From contig CAZTNI010000003.1 in assembly GCA_964615415.1 (NCBI GenBank), positions 143,235 to 207,234 of the forward strand: a stretch of DNA of 64,000 nucleotides, in the 5' to 3' direction. Below the pieces are notes generated by a model. That model saw nothing but the letters and a program-made list of their open reading frames with translations. It had not been told where the DNA came from and did no database searches. How positions within the stretch are numbered: position 1 is the stretch's first letter; every line of letters begins with the position of its first letter. Source of the DNA: an uncultured Candidatus Saccharibacteria bacterium. GTDB lineage: Bacteria; Patescibacteriota; Minisyncoccia; Phycocordibacterales; SBAW01. The position numbers were made by a program, and so were the translations under genes. Of this stretch, positions 26,965 to 36,382 are shown piece by piece.

Positions 26965-27312
26965 ATGAGACACCACAATGCAAACCGAAAATTTGGCCGA
27001 CCGACTGACCAGCGCAAAGCGCTTTTGAAGTCTCTTGCACGCTCTTTGACGCTGCGCGGTAAAATCACAACTACTGAAGCTCGCGCAAAGGAGATCCGCC
27101 CGATGGTGGAGAAACTCATTACCAAGGGTAAGTCAGCAACACTCGCTGACCGCCGCGCACTTATTACCGCACTTGGTGACGAGCAAACTGCTCAGAAACT
27201 TATTGACACTGCTAAGAACTACACGGAGCGCAAGGGCGGCTACATTCGCATTGTGAAGATGGGTCCTCGCAAGAGCGACGCAAGTCCAATGGCATTGATC
27301 GAATTTGTATAA
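26965..27312 (+). CDS. rplQ: 50S ribosomal protein L17
   Basis: It is 115 aa and contains RKFGRPTDQRKALLKSL. Confidence 0.9.
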   Translation: MRHHNANRKFGRPTDQRKALLKSLARSLTLRGKITTTEARAKEIRPMVEKLITKGKSATLADRRALITALGDEQTAQKLIDTAKNYTERKGGYIRIVKMGPRKSDASPMALIEFV

Positions 27313-27316
27313 ACAT

Positions 27317-27658
27317 ATGATTACTATTGACGCACAAGACAAAACACTCGGACGCGTAGCAACTGCTGCTGCGAAGGCTCTCCTTGGTAAACACAAGGCA
27401 ACCTTTGCTAAGCATGTAGTTATGGGCGAAGAAGTAAAGATCATCAATGCCTCGAAGGTCCGCATCTCGGGCAACAAGAGCTTGCAGAAGGAGTATGATC
27501 GTTACTCGGGCTACCCAGGTGGTCGCAAGGTAGAGACCTACGCTATGCTCTCGGCACGTCGTGGCGAGGCAGAGGTTATCCGTCGCGCAGTGCTTGGCAT
27601 GCTTCCAAAGAATAAGCTCCAGTCACGCCGCATTAAGCTCCTCACGATCGAGAAATAA
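27317..27658 (+). CDS. rplM: 50S ribosomal protein L13
   Basis: The sequence MITIDAQDKTLGRVATAAAKALLGKHK is characteristic. It begins 5 nt after the rplQ stop. Confidence 0.9.
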   Translation: MITIDAQDKTLGRVATAAAKALLGKHKATFAKHVVMGEEVKIINASKVRISGNKSLQKEYDRYSGYPGGRKVETYAMLSARRGEAEVIRRAVLGMLPKNKLQSRRIKLLTIEK

Positions 27659-27663
27659 ACTGT

Positions 27664-28077
27664 ATGGCAACTAAAACTACTAAAGACGAAAAATATATTG
27701 AAGCAGTCGGTCGCCGCAAAACGGCTATCGCTCGCGCACGCATTACGCCGGCAGCTCGCACTGCGGTTGTAGTAAACGGTAAGGATGTGAACGCATACTT
27801 CCACACTGAGCCGCTACGTATTGCTGCGCTCGAGCCATTCCTTAAGATTGGCCTCCCAACACAGTTTTCAGTAACGGTTGTTGTTCGTGGTGGTGGTATC
27901 GCTGGTCAGGCTATCGCTGTCCGCCATGCTATCTCTCGTGCACTCGTTGAACATGACCACAACCTCCGCGGTACGCTTAAGAAAGAAGGTTTCCTCAAGC
28001 GCGATCCTCGCGCAAAAGAGCGCCGCAAGTTCGGCCTCAAGAAAGCCCGCAAAGCTCCACAATGGTCAAAGCGTTAA
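27664..28077 (+). CDS. rpsI: 30S ribosomal protein S9
   Basis: The C-terminus is ...GLKKARKAPQWSKR. Confidence 0.9.
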   Translation: MATKTTKDEKYIEAVGRRKTAIARARITPAARTAVVVNGKDVNAYFHTEPLRIAALEPFLKIGLPTQFSVTVVVRGGGIAGQAIAVRHAISRALVEHDHNLRGTLKKEGFLKRDPRAKERRKFGLKKARKAPQWSKR

Positions 28078-28095
28078 TTCAAACGCTCTCACAGA

Positions 28096-28130
28096 AAAAT
28101 CCCCGCCCTGTGGCGGGATTTTTCTTTCTT
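28096..28130 (+). terminator. Terminator after rpsI (ATCCCCGCC-ctgt-GGCGGGAT + TTTTCTTTCTT)
   Basis: A perfect hairpin is followed by a T-run. The -35 of the next promoter overlaps the T-run. Confidence 0.7.
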
Positions 28131-28162
28131 GACAGTTTTTGTGCTTAGAATATTATTTTCAC

Positions 28163-28433
28163 AGAGGGTCCTTTTTGTTAACAGAAGGTGTGAGGCTTGC
28201 TCGTCGCACGCGCGAGCCTTCAGGTGTAGTTCGGAATAACCCGCTCGGGGAGCATGCCCTACGAGATTGCGTGTTTACACGCCCCTAACCCGGCAGGGAA
28301 TGGGAGAGGCCAATACCGGATAATCCGACACTGACCGAGCCCATCATGCGGCCAGTCTCAAGTTTGGGAAAGATTTATCGCTTCACCACCCTCTCGAAAT
28401 TTTTAGCCGCCGCACTTTGCGACGGCTTTTTTT
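28163..28433 (+). ncRNA. Unclassified structured ncRNA (about 270 nt) with its own promoter (TTGACA 28129-34, TATTAT 28151-56) and terminator; the 5' and 3' ends pair
   Basis: There is no ORF. The 5' AGAGGGT (28163-69) pairs with the 3' ACCCTCT (28388-94), and GTGAGGC pairs with GCTTCAC, giving a long imperfect terminal helix as in 6S or SRP RNA. Internal hairpins include GCGTG-TTTA-CACGC and CCCG-CT-CGGG. The terminator is AGCCGCCGCA...TGCGACGGCT + T7. Confidence 0.4.
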
Positions 28434-28446
28434 GTAAAAAAGAAAA

Positions 28447-28470
28447 GCACCCTTTGCAGGGTGCTTTTTG
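28447..28470. terminator. Bidirectional terminator GCACCCT-ttgc-AGGGTGC flanked by A/T runs
   Basis: The hairpin has an A-run before and a T-run after. It serves the minus-strand gene 28478-28723. Confidence 0.6.
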
Positions 28471-28477
28471 TTGAAGA

Positions 28478-28723
28478 TCAGTGAACCAGGTGACGAAACT
28501 GTTCCCGAATTTCGGGAGGAACTTGTTCTTTGGCTACCACCTCCCATTCTGTAGCAGGGTAGCCATTGCCCAACCATCCATCAGGATTTGTGGGATCGGT
28601 TGAGAATGTGATTATAACTTCACCCTCGCCGCGAATACCGTACGGATCAAGTCCGCTAACGCCCCATTTACCGCTAGTTTTATTGCGGAGAAACTGGCCG
28701 CTGTCCAAACCGCCTCGTGACAT
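28478..28723 (-). CDS. Hypothetical small protein (81 aa)
   Basis: The ORF has a downstream terminator. I recognised no family. Confidence 0.4.
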   Translation of the reverse strand: MSRGGLDSGQFLRNKTSGKWGVSGLDPYGIRGEGEVIITFSTDPTNPDGWLGNGYPATEWEVVAKEQVPPEIREQFRHLVH

Positions 28724-28909
28724 TGTAGGATCCTTTTGAGCTGTTGCTACCGGGAGGAACTATAAGTTATTCAACTTGTATCGTCAACAAACTTTACGGC
28801 GGAGTTTTTTAATTATGAAATACGAAATCTGTGTATAAAAACAATGCTTTTTTTATAAAAGAGCCGTAGCCTTGTGAAGGGAGTTCAGTAGTAACAAGGA
28901 GTATGGATA

Positions 28910-29476
28910 ATGTCGACTCGCGTCGTCATTGGCGGCCCGCGCAATTCGGGCAAATCTACACTCGTGGCGTCCGTGTACCGTACCCTCGAAGGTGAAGGCG
29001 TGTCCGTCGGCTTGCACGAGGTCGATGTCTACTCCGACACCATTCCTTGTATCCTGGGGCACAAACCTTGGGACAAGAGGAAGAAGAGGCATCATGCGTG
29101 GTTTAAGACAACCGTCGAACCTCGCATTGCGGAATTCGCGAACGATGATCACGCGGTAGTGCTCGGTGATTTGCCGGGGAAGGTGAACAGTACATTCCTT
29201 CCGCGCATGATCATCCCTGCGGACCATGCGATCATCGTGGCACGCGACCTGGAGAGTATGGAGCCGTGGCAAAAACTGTTTGCGGCAAAGTGCATTCCGG
29301 TTGCGCTTCGTGTGATTTCTTACCAAGGGGATCTTCCTGTCGACCGCGCTGCACCGAAAGATTTGCTCTTCGTGGGAAATCTCAATCGCACTGTCATAGC
29401 GACGAGCGAAATTGTGGCGGTGTCGCGCAGAATTTCCTCTTTGCAGCAACCAGCACGTCTTGTGCGTACAGGCTGA
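28910..29476 (+). CDS. Small P-loop NTPase (GTPase-like G1 GGPRNSGKST, G3 DLPG)
   Basis: Walker A/G1 and DxxG motifs are present. The protein is 188 aa and has an RBS. A palindromic terminator lies at 29471-29499. Confidence 0.6.
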   Translation: MSTRVVIGGPRNSGKSTLVASVYRTLEGEGVSVGLHEVDVYSDTIPCILGHKPWDKRKKRHHAWFKTTVEPRIAEFANDDHAVVLGDLPGKVNSTFLPRMIIPADHAIIVARDLESMEPWQKLFAAKCIPVALRVISYQGDLPVDRAAPKDLLFVGNLNRTVIATSEIVAVSRRISSLQQPARLVRTG

Positions 29477-29496
29477 CCCATGGGTCAGCCTGTTTT

Positions 29497-30069
29497 TTAT
29501 AAGCGAGCGATAGTTTCTTGTAAGTGGGTTCGAGCAAGTGTGGCAGTATTTCGCATCTCTAGAGCGGTGGTAGGGTAGTGTGCAAACGTAGTTGTTGCGA
29601 GAGCTTGTTGCATAGGGTCAACAATAGGGAGGAAGTACGAATGTACCCATTCTTTTCCAAGCAGTGATGCAGAAAAACTGACATGAAATATATTGTCGAT
29701 AAGATCCGCGTATTTTATAAGACGAGCTTCTTCAGAACCCGCCGCAACTTGTGCAACGTACGGGTCCGCGTGCCCATCGCCCCAGGTGTTGGTAAGAGTT
29801 TCCACCAACTGGAGCGCTGTGTCGCCAATACGGTCACGCAATTCGTCTTTCGTGATAGACGAGTCTTCTAAAAAATCGTGCGCAAGTGCGGCGTAGGCAA
29901 TCGCACTGCGCAAAGGCTCTTGTGGCGCCTCTCCAGAAGTTTCTAAAGCAGCAAGTACAAGAGCGCGGACTCGTTTTGCGTGGTGGGCATTTGAAGATCC
30001 GTCCGCGCGTTTTTGGCTCCCAATAAGTGTTTCTGCAAGCACTTCAATTTCACTCGTCTTTACATCCAT
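29497..30069 (-). CDS. HD-domain phosphohydrolase resembling the SpoT/Mesh1 (p)ppGpp hydrolase domain (small alarmone hydrolase-like)
   Basis: The pattern H...HD(FLED)...KYADLIDN matches the RelA/SpoT hydrolase HD pattern. The protein is 190 aa. Confidence 0.6.
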   Translation of the reverse strand: MDVKTSEIEVLAETLIGSQKRADGSSNAHHAKRVRALVLAALETSGEAPQEPLRSAIAYAALAHDFLEDSSITKDELRDRIGDTALQLVETLTNTWGDGHADPYVAQVAAGSEEARLIKYADLIDNIFHVSFSASLLGKEWVHSYFLPIVDPMQQALATTTFAHYPTTALEMRNTATLARTHLQETIARL

Positions 30070-30120
30070 ATGTATAGCTATAGTATAGGCTCTAGACCTG
30101 TTCAGTCATAGGAGGATCTT

Positions 30121-30762
30121 ATGAAGCTTGCATATGCTACATGGGCAGAAAAAGTGCACCAGTCTGTCTCTGCATTGTCCCGCACTGCAAAAGGAACAAC
30201 CGCAGCTGCATACGGCGGCGCAAAGCCTGCGCTTGAAGTATCTGATGCGACTCTGCTGGCTCAAAAGACTGCAGAGAATCTCTCGCTCGCAATCGACTAC
30301 GTGTGGAAGCACGGGCTCGCTATACGTCCACAGACGCATCATGTGCTCGGATTTATGAATGCTGTGGCAAAGCAGGTGTCTGAAGGGCTTTTGCGGCCCG
30401 GGCAGTCTCTGTGGCGCACGTGGGATACAAGAGAAAAATATCCGACGCAGGTGTTGCCGAGCGAGATCGAAGTAGCGATGGAATTGCTTGGTGCTGATGT
30501 AGCTGCAGCACTGCTTGATCCACAGCAGGATCCAGTAAAACTTGCAGCCTTGCTCGAACGCGAGATCGACGGACACATTCATCCCTATGCGGATGGATGT
30601 GGTCGGACTGCAAAGTTGCTCGGTGCGTGGGCGCTGTTGCGCTCCGGAATGCTGCCGGCATATTTCACTGATCGTGCGGCGTACTACGGCGCAATGGCGG
30701 CAAGCGAGGAGGAGTGGTACAAGTTCTATCGTTCTCATGTGCCTGTGCTTGCCACGACGTAA
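30121..30762 (+). CDS. Fic/Doc (Fido) family protein with a degenerate active-site motif HPYADGCGRTAK
   Basis: HPYADGCGR aligns with the Fic HPFx(D/E)GNGR. The final Arg is replaced by Lys. There is a GGAGG RBS, and a terminator at 30768-30803. Confidence 0.65.
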   Translation: MKLAYATWAEKVHQSVSALSRTAKGTTAAAYGGAKPALEVSDATLLAQKTAENLSLAIDYVWKHGLAIRPQTHHVLGFMNAVAKQVSEGLLRPGQSLWRTWDTREKYPTQVLPSEIEVAMELLGADVAAALLDPQQDPVKLAALLEREIDGHIHPYADGCGRTAKLLGAWALLRSGMLPAYFTDRAAYYGAMAASEEEWYKFYRSHVPVLATT

Positions 30763-30848
30763 TATAACCCCTTCGCAGATCTGCGAAGGGGGATTTTCTT
30801 TTCTAGAATATTTGACAAACACGGTTTTTTGATTAAAATACTTGCACA

Positions 30849-31358
30849 ATGTCCGACATCGATACTGAATTCGTGCCGGAGGAGGAAGCGGAAAATCCCG
30901 CCACACTGATAAAGAAACTGCGGGAGCGACTCCATACGGCAGAAAAAGAACGGGGAGAATATTTAGAGGGCTGGCAGCGTTCGCGTGCCGACTTTGCTAA
31001 CCTCAAGCGCGACGAAGACAGCAGACGGACGCATACCGAAGAGCGCATTAAGGCAGGGATAGGAGAAGATTTGGTTCCGGTACTCGATTCCTTTGAAATG
31101 GCACTGCAGCATCAGAAGACGAAAGAGCTTGAAGTCCTTCAAAAACAGCTCCTCGATACATTAAAACGAATTGGTATTGAACAGTTTGGCAAAGTGGGCG
31201 ATGTGTTTGACCCTAAAAAGTTCGAAGCGCTGCAAGAAGTTGCAGCCGAGCGTGCAGAGCAGGATAATACGGTCGCGACGGTCTTTCGATCCGGCTATGC
31301 ACTAGGAGAATATGTGATCCGTCCCGCACAAGTAGTACTCTATTCCTTTAAAAACTAG
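30849..31358 (+). CDS. grpE: Nucleotide exchange factor GrpE
   Basis: It has a coiled-coil N-terminus and a GrpE C-terminal domain. A TTGACA-17-TAAAAT promoter lies upstream. I saw no CIRCE element. Confidence 0.85.
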   Translation: MSDIDTEFVPEEEAENPATLIKKLRERLHTAEKERGEYLEGWQRSRADFANLKRDEDSRRTHTEERIKAGIGEDLVPVLDSFEMALQHQKTKELEVLQKQLLDTLKRIGIEQFGKVGDVFDPKKFEALQEVAAERAEQDNTVATVFRSGYALGEYVIRPAQVVLYSFKN

Positions 31359-31382
31359 TTTATTCATTAAATAAAAATATCT

Positions 31383-33266
31383 ATGGCGAAAATTCTTGGT
31401 ATAGACTTGGGTACAACAAACTCTGCAATGGCTATCATGCAGGGCGGCGAGCCGCATGTCATAGAAAACGCAGAAGGTGCACGCACAACACCATCAGTCG
31501 TTGCTACCTCTAAAACAGGCGAGCGCTTGGTTGGTCTTATTGCACGCCGCCAAGCAGTAACGAATCCTAAAAATACGGTCTATCAAATTAAGCGCTTTAT
31601 CGGTCACACCTTCGACGAAGCAGGGGTACAAAAAGACAAATCATCTGTGCCGTTTGAAATGCGCAAGACTGCTACTGGCGGTATCGAAGTAGAGATGGGT
31701 GGCGCATGGCACACACCGGAAGCCGTCTCTGCAATGATCCTCCAGAAGTTGAAGATGGATGCAGAGAAGAGACTAGGCGAGCCTATTACCCAGGCAGTTA
31801 TCACCGTGCCTGCATACTTTAATGACTCTCAGCGCCAAGCAACGAAAGACGCAGGTAAAATTGCTGGTCTTGAGGTGCTGCGCATCATCAACGAACCAAC
31901 CGCGGCAGCACTCGCATACGGTTTTGATAAAAAGAAGAATGAAAAGATCGTCGTCTTCGACTTCGGTGGCGGTACGTTCGACATCTCGGTTCTTGAGGTA
32001 GGAGATGATGTCATCGAAGTTAAATCGACCGACGGTGACGCACACTTGGGCGGTAAAGACCTCGACCAAAAGATCATCGACTTCCTTGCAACCGAATTCC
32101 AGAAGGAAAGTGGTATCGATGTGCGCAATGACCCTCTGGCACGCCAGCGCTTAGACGAAGCAGCAGAGAAAGCAAAGATCGAGCTTTCAACCGCACTCGA
32201 GTCGGAAGTAAACATTCCGTTTATCACTAGTGACGCCTCTGGTCCGCGCCACCTCCTTATTAAATTGACCCGCGCAAAGCTCGAGGAACTCTCGGCAGAA
32301 TTTATCGACCGCGCAATTTCTATCACCAAGCGCGCGATGGAAGCATCGCCATTTAAGATCGGCGATATTAACGAGGTTGTGCTGGTGGGTGGTCAGACAC
32401 GCATGCCGGCAATGCAAGCAGCGGTAGAGAAATTCTTCGGCAAGAAGCCGCACATGGGTGTAAACCCAGACGAAGTGGTGGCTATCGGTGCAGCTATCCA
32501 GGGTGGCATCTTGGGCGGCGAAGTAAAAGATATCCTTTTGTTGGACGTTATCCCGCTGTCACTTGGTATCGAAACTATGGGTGGTGTTTCAACGAAGTTG
32601 ATCGAGCGCAACACGACTATTCCTACCTCGCGCTCACAAGTATTTTCAACCGCGGCTGACAACCAGACCTCAGTAGAGATTCATATTACGCAGGGCGAGC
32701 GCGCAATGGCGTCTGACAATAAGTCGCTCGGCCGCTTTGTGCTCGACGGAATTCCACCCGCACCGCGTGGGTTGCCGCAAGTTGAAGTATCGTTCGATGT
32801 TGATGCAAACGGTATCCTCTCTGTAAAAGCAAAAGACAAAGCAACTAATAAAGAGCAGTCTATTCGCATCGAAGCTCGTTCGGGACTCTCCGACCAGGAC
32901 ATTGAGCGTATGCAAAAAGATGCAGAGGCAAACGCTACTGCCGATAAACAAAAGATGGAACTTGCTGAAGCACGCAACCAGGCAGAACAGGCAGTCTATG
33001 GTGCACGCAAAGCACTCTCGGACAACAAAGGCAAGGTCCCAGCAGAGCTTGAAGCATCTATTAACGAAAAAATTACTGCAGTAGAAGGCAAGAAGGGTAG
33101 CGACAATGCGGCTGACATAAAAGCAGCGGTAGAGGAACTTACCAAAGAGCTTTCAAAGGTCTACGAGGCGATCCAAAAAGCAGGAAGCCAGCAGACGCCG
33201 CCGCCGGGTGGAGACGCACAGCAGGGTGGGTCAGAAAATCCTGGCGGAGAGCCACAAAATCAGTAA
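31383..33266 (+). CDS. dnaK: Molecular chaperone DnaK (Hsp70)
   Basis: The motifs are [16 protein letters not shown] and EVKSTDGD. The protein is 627 aa. A terminator lies at 33277-33309. Confidence 0.95.
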   Translation: MAKILGIDLGTTNSAMAIMQGGEPHVIENAEGARTTPSVVATSKTGERLVGLIARRQAVTNPKNTVYQIKRFIGHTFDEAGVQKDKSSVPFEMRKTATGGIEVEMGGAWHTPEAVSAMILQKLKMDAEKRLGEPITQAVITVPAYFNDSQRQATKDAGKIAGLEVLRIINEPTAAALAYGFDKKKNEKIVVFDFGGGTFDISVLEVGDDVIEVKSTDGDAHLGGKDLDQKIIDFLATEFQKESGIDVRNDPLARQRLDEAAEKAKIELSTALESEVNIPFITSDASGPRHLLIKLTRAKLEELSAEFIDRAISITKRAMEASPFKIGDINEVVLVGGQTRMPAMQAAVEKFFGKKPHMGVNPDEVVAIGAAIQGGILGGEVKDILLLDVIPLSLGIETMGGVSTKLIERNTTIPTSRSQVFSTAADNQTSVEIHITQGERAMASDNKSLGRFVLDGIPPAPRGLPQVEVSFDVDANGILSVKAKDKATNKEQSIRIEARSGLSDQDIERMQKDAEANATADKQKMELAEARNQAEQAVYGARKALSDNKGKVPAELEASINEKITAVEGKKGSDNAADIKAAVEELTKELSKVYEAIQKAGSQQTPPPGGDAQQGGSENPGGEPQNQ

Positions 33267-33340
33267 CAGGTGCGGACAAAACCCTGCCTTTGTGCGGGGT
33301 TTTGTTTTAAGGTAATTTTTGTTACAATGCAGTTGCAAAT

Positions 33341-34420
33341 ATGTCTACTAAACGCGATTACTACGAAATACTAGGAGTATCAAAAGGGGCCTCAAAAGAC
33401 GAAATTAAGAAGGCATTCCACAAGCTTGCGCACAAATATCACCCGGACAAGGGGACGGGCGATGCAGATAAGTTTAAAGAAGTAAGCGAGGCGTATTCCA
33501 TCCTTTCCGACGATAAAAAGCGCGCCGAGTACGACTCCTACGGCCGCACCTTTGGTGCGGGCGGAGCGGGTGGCGGCTTCGGGGGCGGAGCAGGTTTCGA
33601 CTTTTCGCAATTTCAAGATGCGTTTCAGCAGGGCTTTGGTAACTTCGACTTTGGCGATGTCTTTACCGACTTCTTTGGTGGGGGCGGAGGACGCTCTCGT
33701 CGCGGTCGTGATATTTCTATCGACCTCGAATTGTCGTTTAAAGAATCTATCTTCGGCGTAAAGCGCTCGGTACTGCTTGCAAAGACCGCACAGTGCGACA
33801 CGTGCAAGGGAAGTGGCGCTGCACCGGGTACTGAGCTTGAAACCTGCAAGCACTGCAACGGTGCCGGCAAAGTCCACGAGACAAGCAACTCGTTCTTCGG
33901 AGCTATTACGATGGTGCAGCCATGTAAGCATTGCCATGCAACCGGCAAAGTACCGAAGCAAAAATGCGCTACCTGCCGCGGCGAGGGCGTCTACCGCAAA
34001 CAAGAGGAGATCGATATTGTTGTCCCTGCAGGCATTGAAGGCGGCGAGATGATCCGCCTTACGGGAGCAGGCGAGGCTGTAGCAGGTGGTGCCTCGGGCG
34101 ACCTGTACGTAAAAGTACACGTCACTCCGGATCCACGTTTTAAAAAAGAGGGGACGAACCTTGTAACCGATCTTTCAGTTAAACTTTCTGACGCGCTCTT
34201 GGGGAGCGACTACAAAGTACAGACCTTAGACGGCGAGGAAACAATCTCTGTCCCTGCTGGTGTAACCCATGGAGAAGTTTTGTATATAAAAAATAAAGGT
34301 GTGCCGAATAATCGTGGCAAGCGCGGCGACCTGCTCGTCAAAGTTAAAATAAATCTCCCTCAAAAACTCTCTCGCTCCGCAAAAGCCCTTGTCGAAAAGT
34401 TGAAGGAAGAGGGGATCTAA
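33341..34420 (+). CDS. dnaJ: Molecular chaperone DnaJ
   Basis: It has a J domain (HPD), a G/F-rich region, and four CxxCxGxG repeats. Confidence 0.95.
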   Translation: MSTKRDYYEILGVSKGASKDEIKKAFHKLAHKYHPDKGTGDADKFKEVSEAYSILSDDKKRAEYDSYGRTFGAGGAGGGFGGGAGFDFSQFQDAFQQGFGNFDFGDVFTDFFGGGGGRSRRGRDISIDLELSFKESIFGVKRSVLLAKTAQCDTCKGSGAAPGTELETCKHCNGAGKVHETSNSFFGAITMVQPCKHCHATGKVPKQKCATCRGEGVYRKQEEIDIVVPAGIEGGEMIRLTGAGEAVAGGASGDLYVKVHVTPDPRFKKEGTNLVTDLSVKLSDALLGSDYKVQTLDGEETISVPAGVTHGEVLYIKNKGVPNNRGKRGDLLVKVKINLPQKLSRSAKALVEKLKEEGI

Positions 34421-34608
34421 GACCGACAAAAAGTAAACTGCTTTACTTTTTTCGGTACTTAAATCGGCCGGAGACATGTTTTGACAGCAGTCAAAACAGT
34501 CGAGGCGGGGTCGCGGAAATTCCGGAGCGACGGCGACGGAATTATCTGTGACTCTAAGTAAAAGAAAACGCCGCATATACTGCGGCGTTGATCTGCTATT
34601 GAAGAAGG

Positions 34609-34983
34609 TTAACGGACTGCGTGGCCTGCTCTGCTGAGCGCCTCAGCCAATTCATTCCTAGATATTCTTCCGAAATTTGGAGCGCGATAACGATAGATAC
34701 CACCATGTTCGCGAATGCGTGCAAGTGCTTCGCCGATGGTGTGCAAGTTGTCGTTCTTTAGAGTTTTGAGGACTCGAGTCGACAAACCTAGTTCACTGAC
34801 GGGTGTCTCTGGCGGCATTGCAGGTTGCGAAGGGGTTGCAGGTTCGTTAAAGAGCTGGACGACTTCGTCGAAATCTGTTGGACCAAGTTTCGTCCGAAGC
34901 ATTGCTACAAGTTTGCAATGCTTGCAGGGGTTAAGAGGGCTGCACCCAGGCAGATGCTGGTCAAGGGCAAACGAGGACGACAT
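34609..34983 (-). CDS. Stand-alone RpoA alpha-CTD-like (HhH) domain protein with an N-terminal Cys cluster
   Basis: ELGLSTRVLKTLKNDNLHTIGEALARI...NFGRISRNELAEALSRAG matches the RNA polymerase alpha C-terminal domain. It starts at the ATG with a GGAG RBS; the track's GTG extension is unsupported. A minus-strand terminator lies at 34556-34589. Confidence 0.6.
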   Translation of the reverse strand: MSSSFALDQHLPGCSPLNPCKHCKLVAMLRTKLGPTDFDEVVQLFNEPATPSQPAMPPETPVSELGLSTRVLKTLKNDNLHTIGEALARIREHGGIYRYRAPNFGRISRNELAEALSRAGHAVR

Positions 34984-35052
34984 GAAGACTCTCCGTTTTT
35001 GATATTGACTTCTGATGCAATTGTAACACACTTAATTTAAAAAAGCAACTTT

Positions 35053-35091
35053 CTGTAAAAGAAAACGCCGGACTCTTGGTAGAGTCCGGCG
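35053..35091 (-). terminator. Terminator CGCCGGACTC-ttggta-GAGTCCGGCG with a T-run on the minus strand
   Basis: A perfect 10-bp stem is followed on the minus strand by TTTTCTTTTAC. Confidence 0.7.
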
Positions 35092-35117
35092 GTATTGCTG
35101 TGGGCTGGTTCGAACGA

Positions 35118-36236
35118 CTATTCGTCGTTGAACGGGCCAATGATGAGGAAGAGCAGCTTTGCGAAGTTCATGGTCTGGATGCGCGAAGCCTGGTTGGCGT
35201 CGACGTCATACGTGACCACCGAGCGGATGACCGACTCGCCGCGGAACGTGTCCTGGTAGGAAACCGTGCCGGTGAAGCCGGGGACCGTCGTCATCATGGC
35301 GAAGAACGCTTCTTCCGCGGTCATCGTGGTCGTGGGGGCGAACACGGCGGCTTCGTCAGCCGGCGGTTCGTTGATACGAACATTCAGTTCGTAATACCCA
35401 AGACCATTCGCTTCGCGGTTGAGGTCTTCGACCCAGCGGATGGTGCCGGTGTAGTGGTCGTTGTAGACCACGCCACCGCTGGTGTAGGACGCGAACGCGT
35501 CCAGGAACCAATTGCCGGTCTCGGGGTCATAGTCGATCGAGCCGTTGATGGTCGTCTCGGGATAGACCTCGAGCGGGCCGGCGCCCATCACCACGTTGGT
35601 GAAGCTCATCGGGTCGGCACCGGCGACGGTGACCTGCACCTGCTGACCGTTCACCACACGGGTGTACGTGCGATTCACGTAGTTGGTCGCTCCCTCGACG
35701 AGAGCGGCGAGACCACCCTGCCGCGGCTTGCGGCCCTGGATCTCACCGCCGAAGTTCGACACGAAGCTGTTGCCAGCCTGGATCGAGAAGCGGAGCGGGT
35801 TGCTGCCGTCCGGAGGGACGGAGAGCAGGTACTTGCCGGCGCCGTCGAGCTGCATCCCGCCGACCCAGCCGCCGAGAATGGCGACCTGGGCCGGATTGGC
35901 GGGGTTGCGCAGGCTGGTATTGATGTTGAACTGCAGGAAGCCCTGCTGGCGCGTCCCGCCCATGATGCTGCCCGGCAGCCACGGCTGCCGCGTCACGTCG
36001 CCCTGGAACAGGAACGAGTTCAGAATCGTCATGTTCGCCGTGTAGACGTCACGGGCGCCCTCGTTCGGAACATCGTTGGCGTCCCGGTTGGTCCGGGTGC
36101 CGAAGTCGATGGTCATCGTGCCGGTGATTGCATCCGGCATGTCGATCGGAGTGGTCGGCGGAACCGCCTGCGCCAGAGCGGCGACAGGCAGTGCCACGGC
36201 AAGCGCCGCGGCAAGGACAAACGACTTCATTCGCAT
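35118..36236 (-). CDS. Secreted hypothetical protein with a classical Sec signal peptide (MRMKSFVLAAALAVALPVAALAQA), GC-rich (about 62%)
   Basis: The composition and signal peptide are convincing on the minus strand. The overlapping plus-strand ORF is Arg/Gly/His-rich antisense junk. Confidence 0.65.
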   Translation of the reverse strand: MRMKSFVLAAALAVALPVAALAQAVPPTTPIDMPDAITGTMTIDFGTRTNRDANDVPNEGARDVYTANMTILNSFLFQGDVTRQPWLPGSIMGGTRQQGFLQFNINTSLRNPANPAQVAILGGWVGGMQLDGAGKYLLSVPPDGSNPLRFSIQAGNSFVSNFGGEIQGRKPRQGGLAALVEGATNYVNRTYTRVVNGQQVQVTVAGADPMSFTNVVMGAGPLEVYPETTINGSIDYDPETGNWFLDAFASYTSGGVVYNDHYTGTIRWVEDLNREANGLGYYELNVRINEPPADEAAVFAPTTTMTAEEAFFAMMTTVPGFTGTVSYQDTFRGESVIRSVVTYDVDANQASRIQTMNFAKLLFLIIGPFNDE

Positions 36237-36382
36237 GTATGTAGCCCCTTTCGTGGGTAATGCTGCCCGAAATGAGCAGTCCGTCGAGCACTATAACCTA
36301 GTGGTTTACAAATGTCAAGTTTTTAGGTATTCACAAAAGCCTTCAGTTTTAAGGATTTTCTGGTAGACTCATCAGTATATAT

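Noticed and set aside
30106-30906. 266-aa minus-strand ORF overlapping the Fic gene
   Set aside because: It has no RBS or motifs and is Cys/Arg-rich. The plus-strand frame has GGAGG and the Fic motif.
35076-36260. 394-aa plus-strand ORF
   Set aside because: Its composition is dominated by R/G/H/D with no motifs. The opposite strand encodes a protein with a canonical signal peptide.
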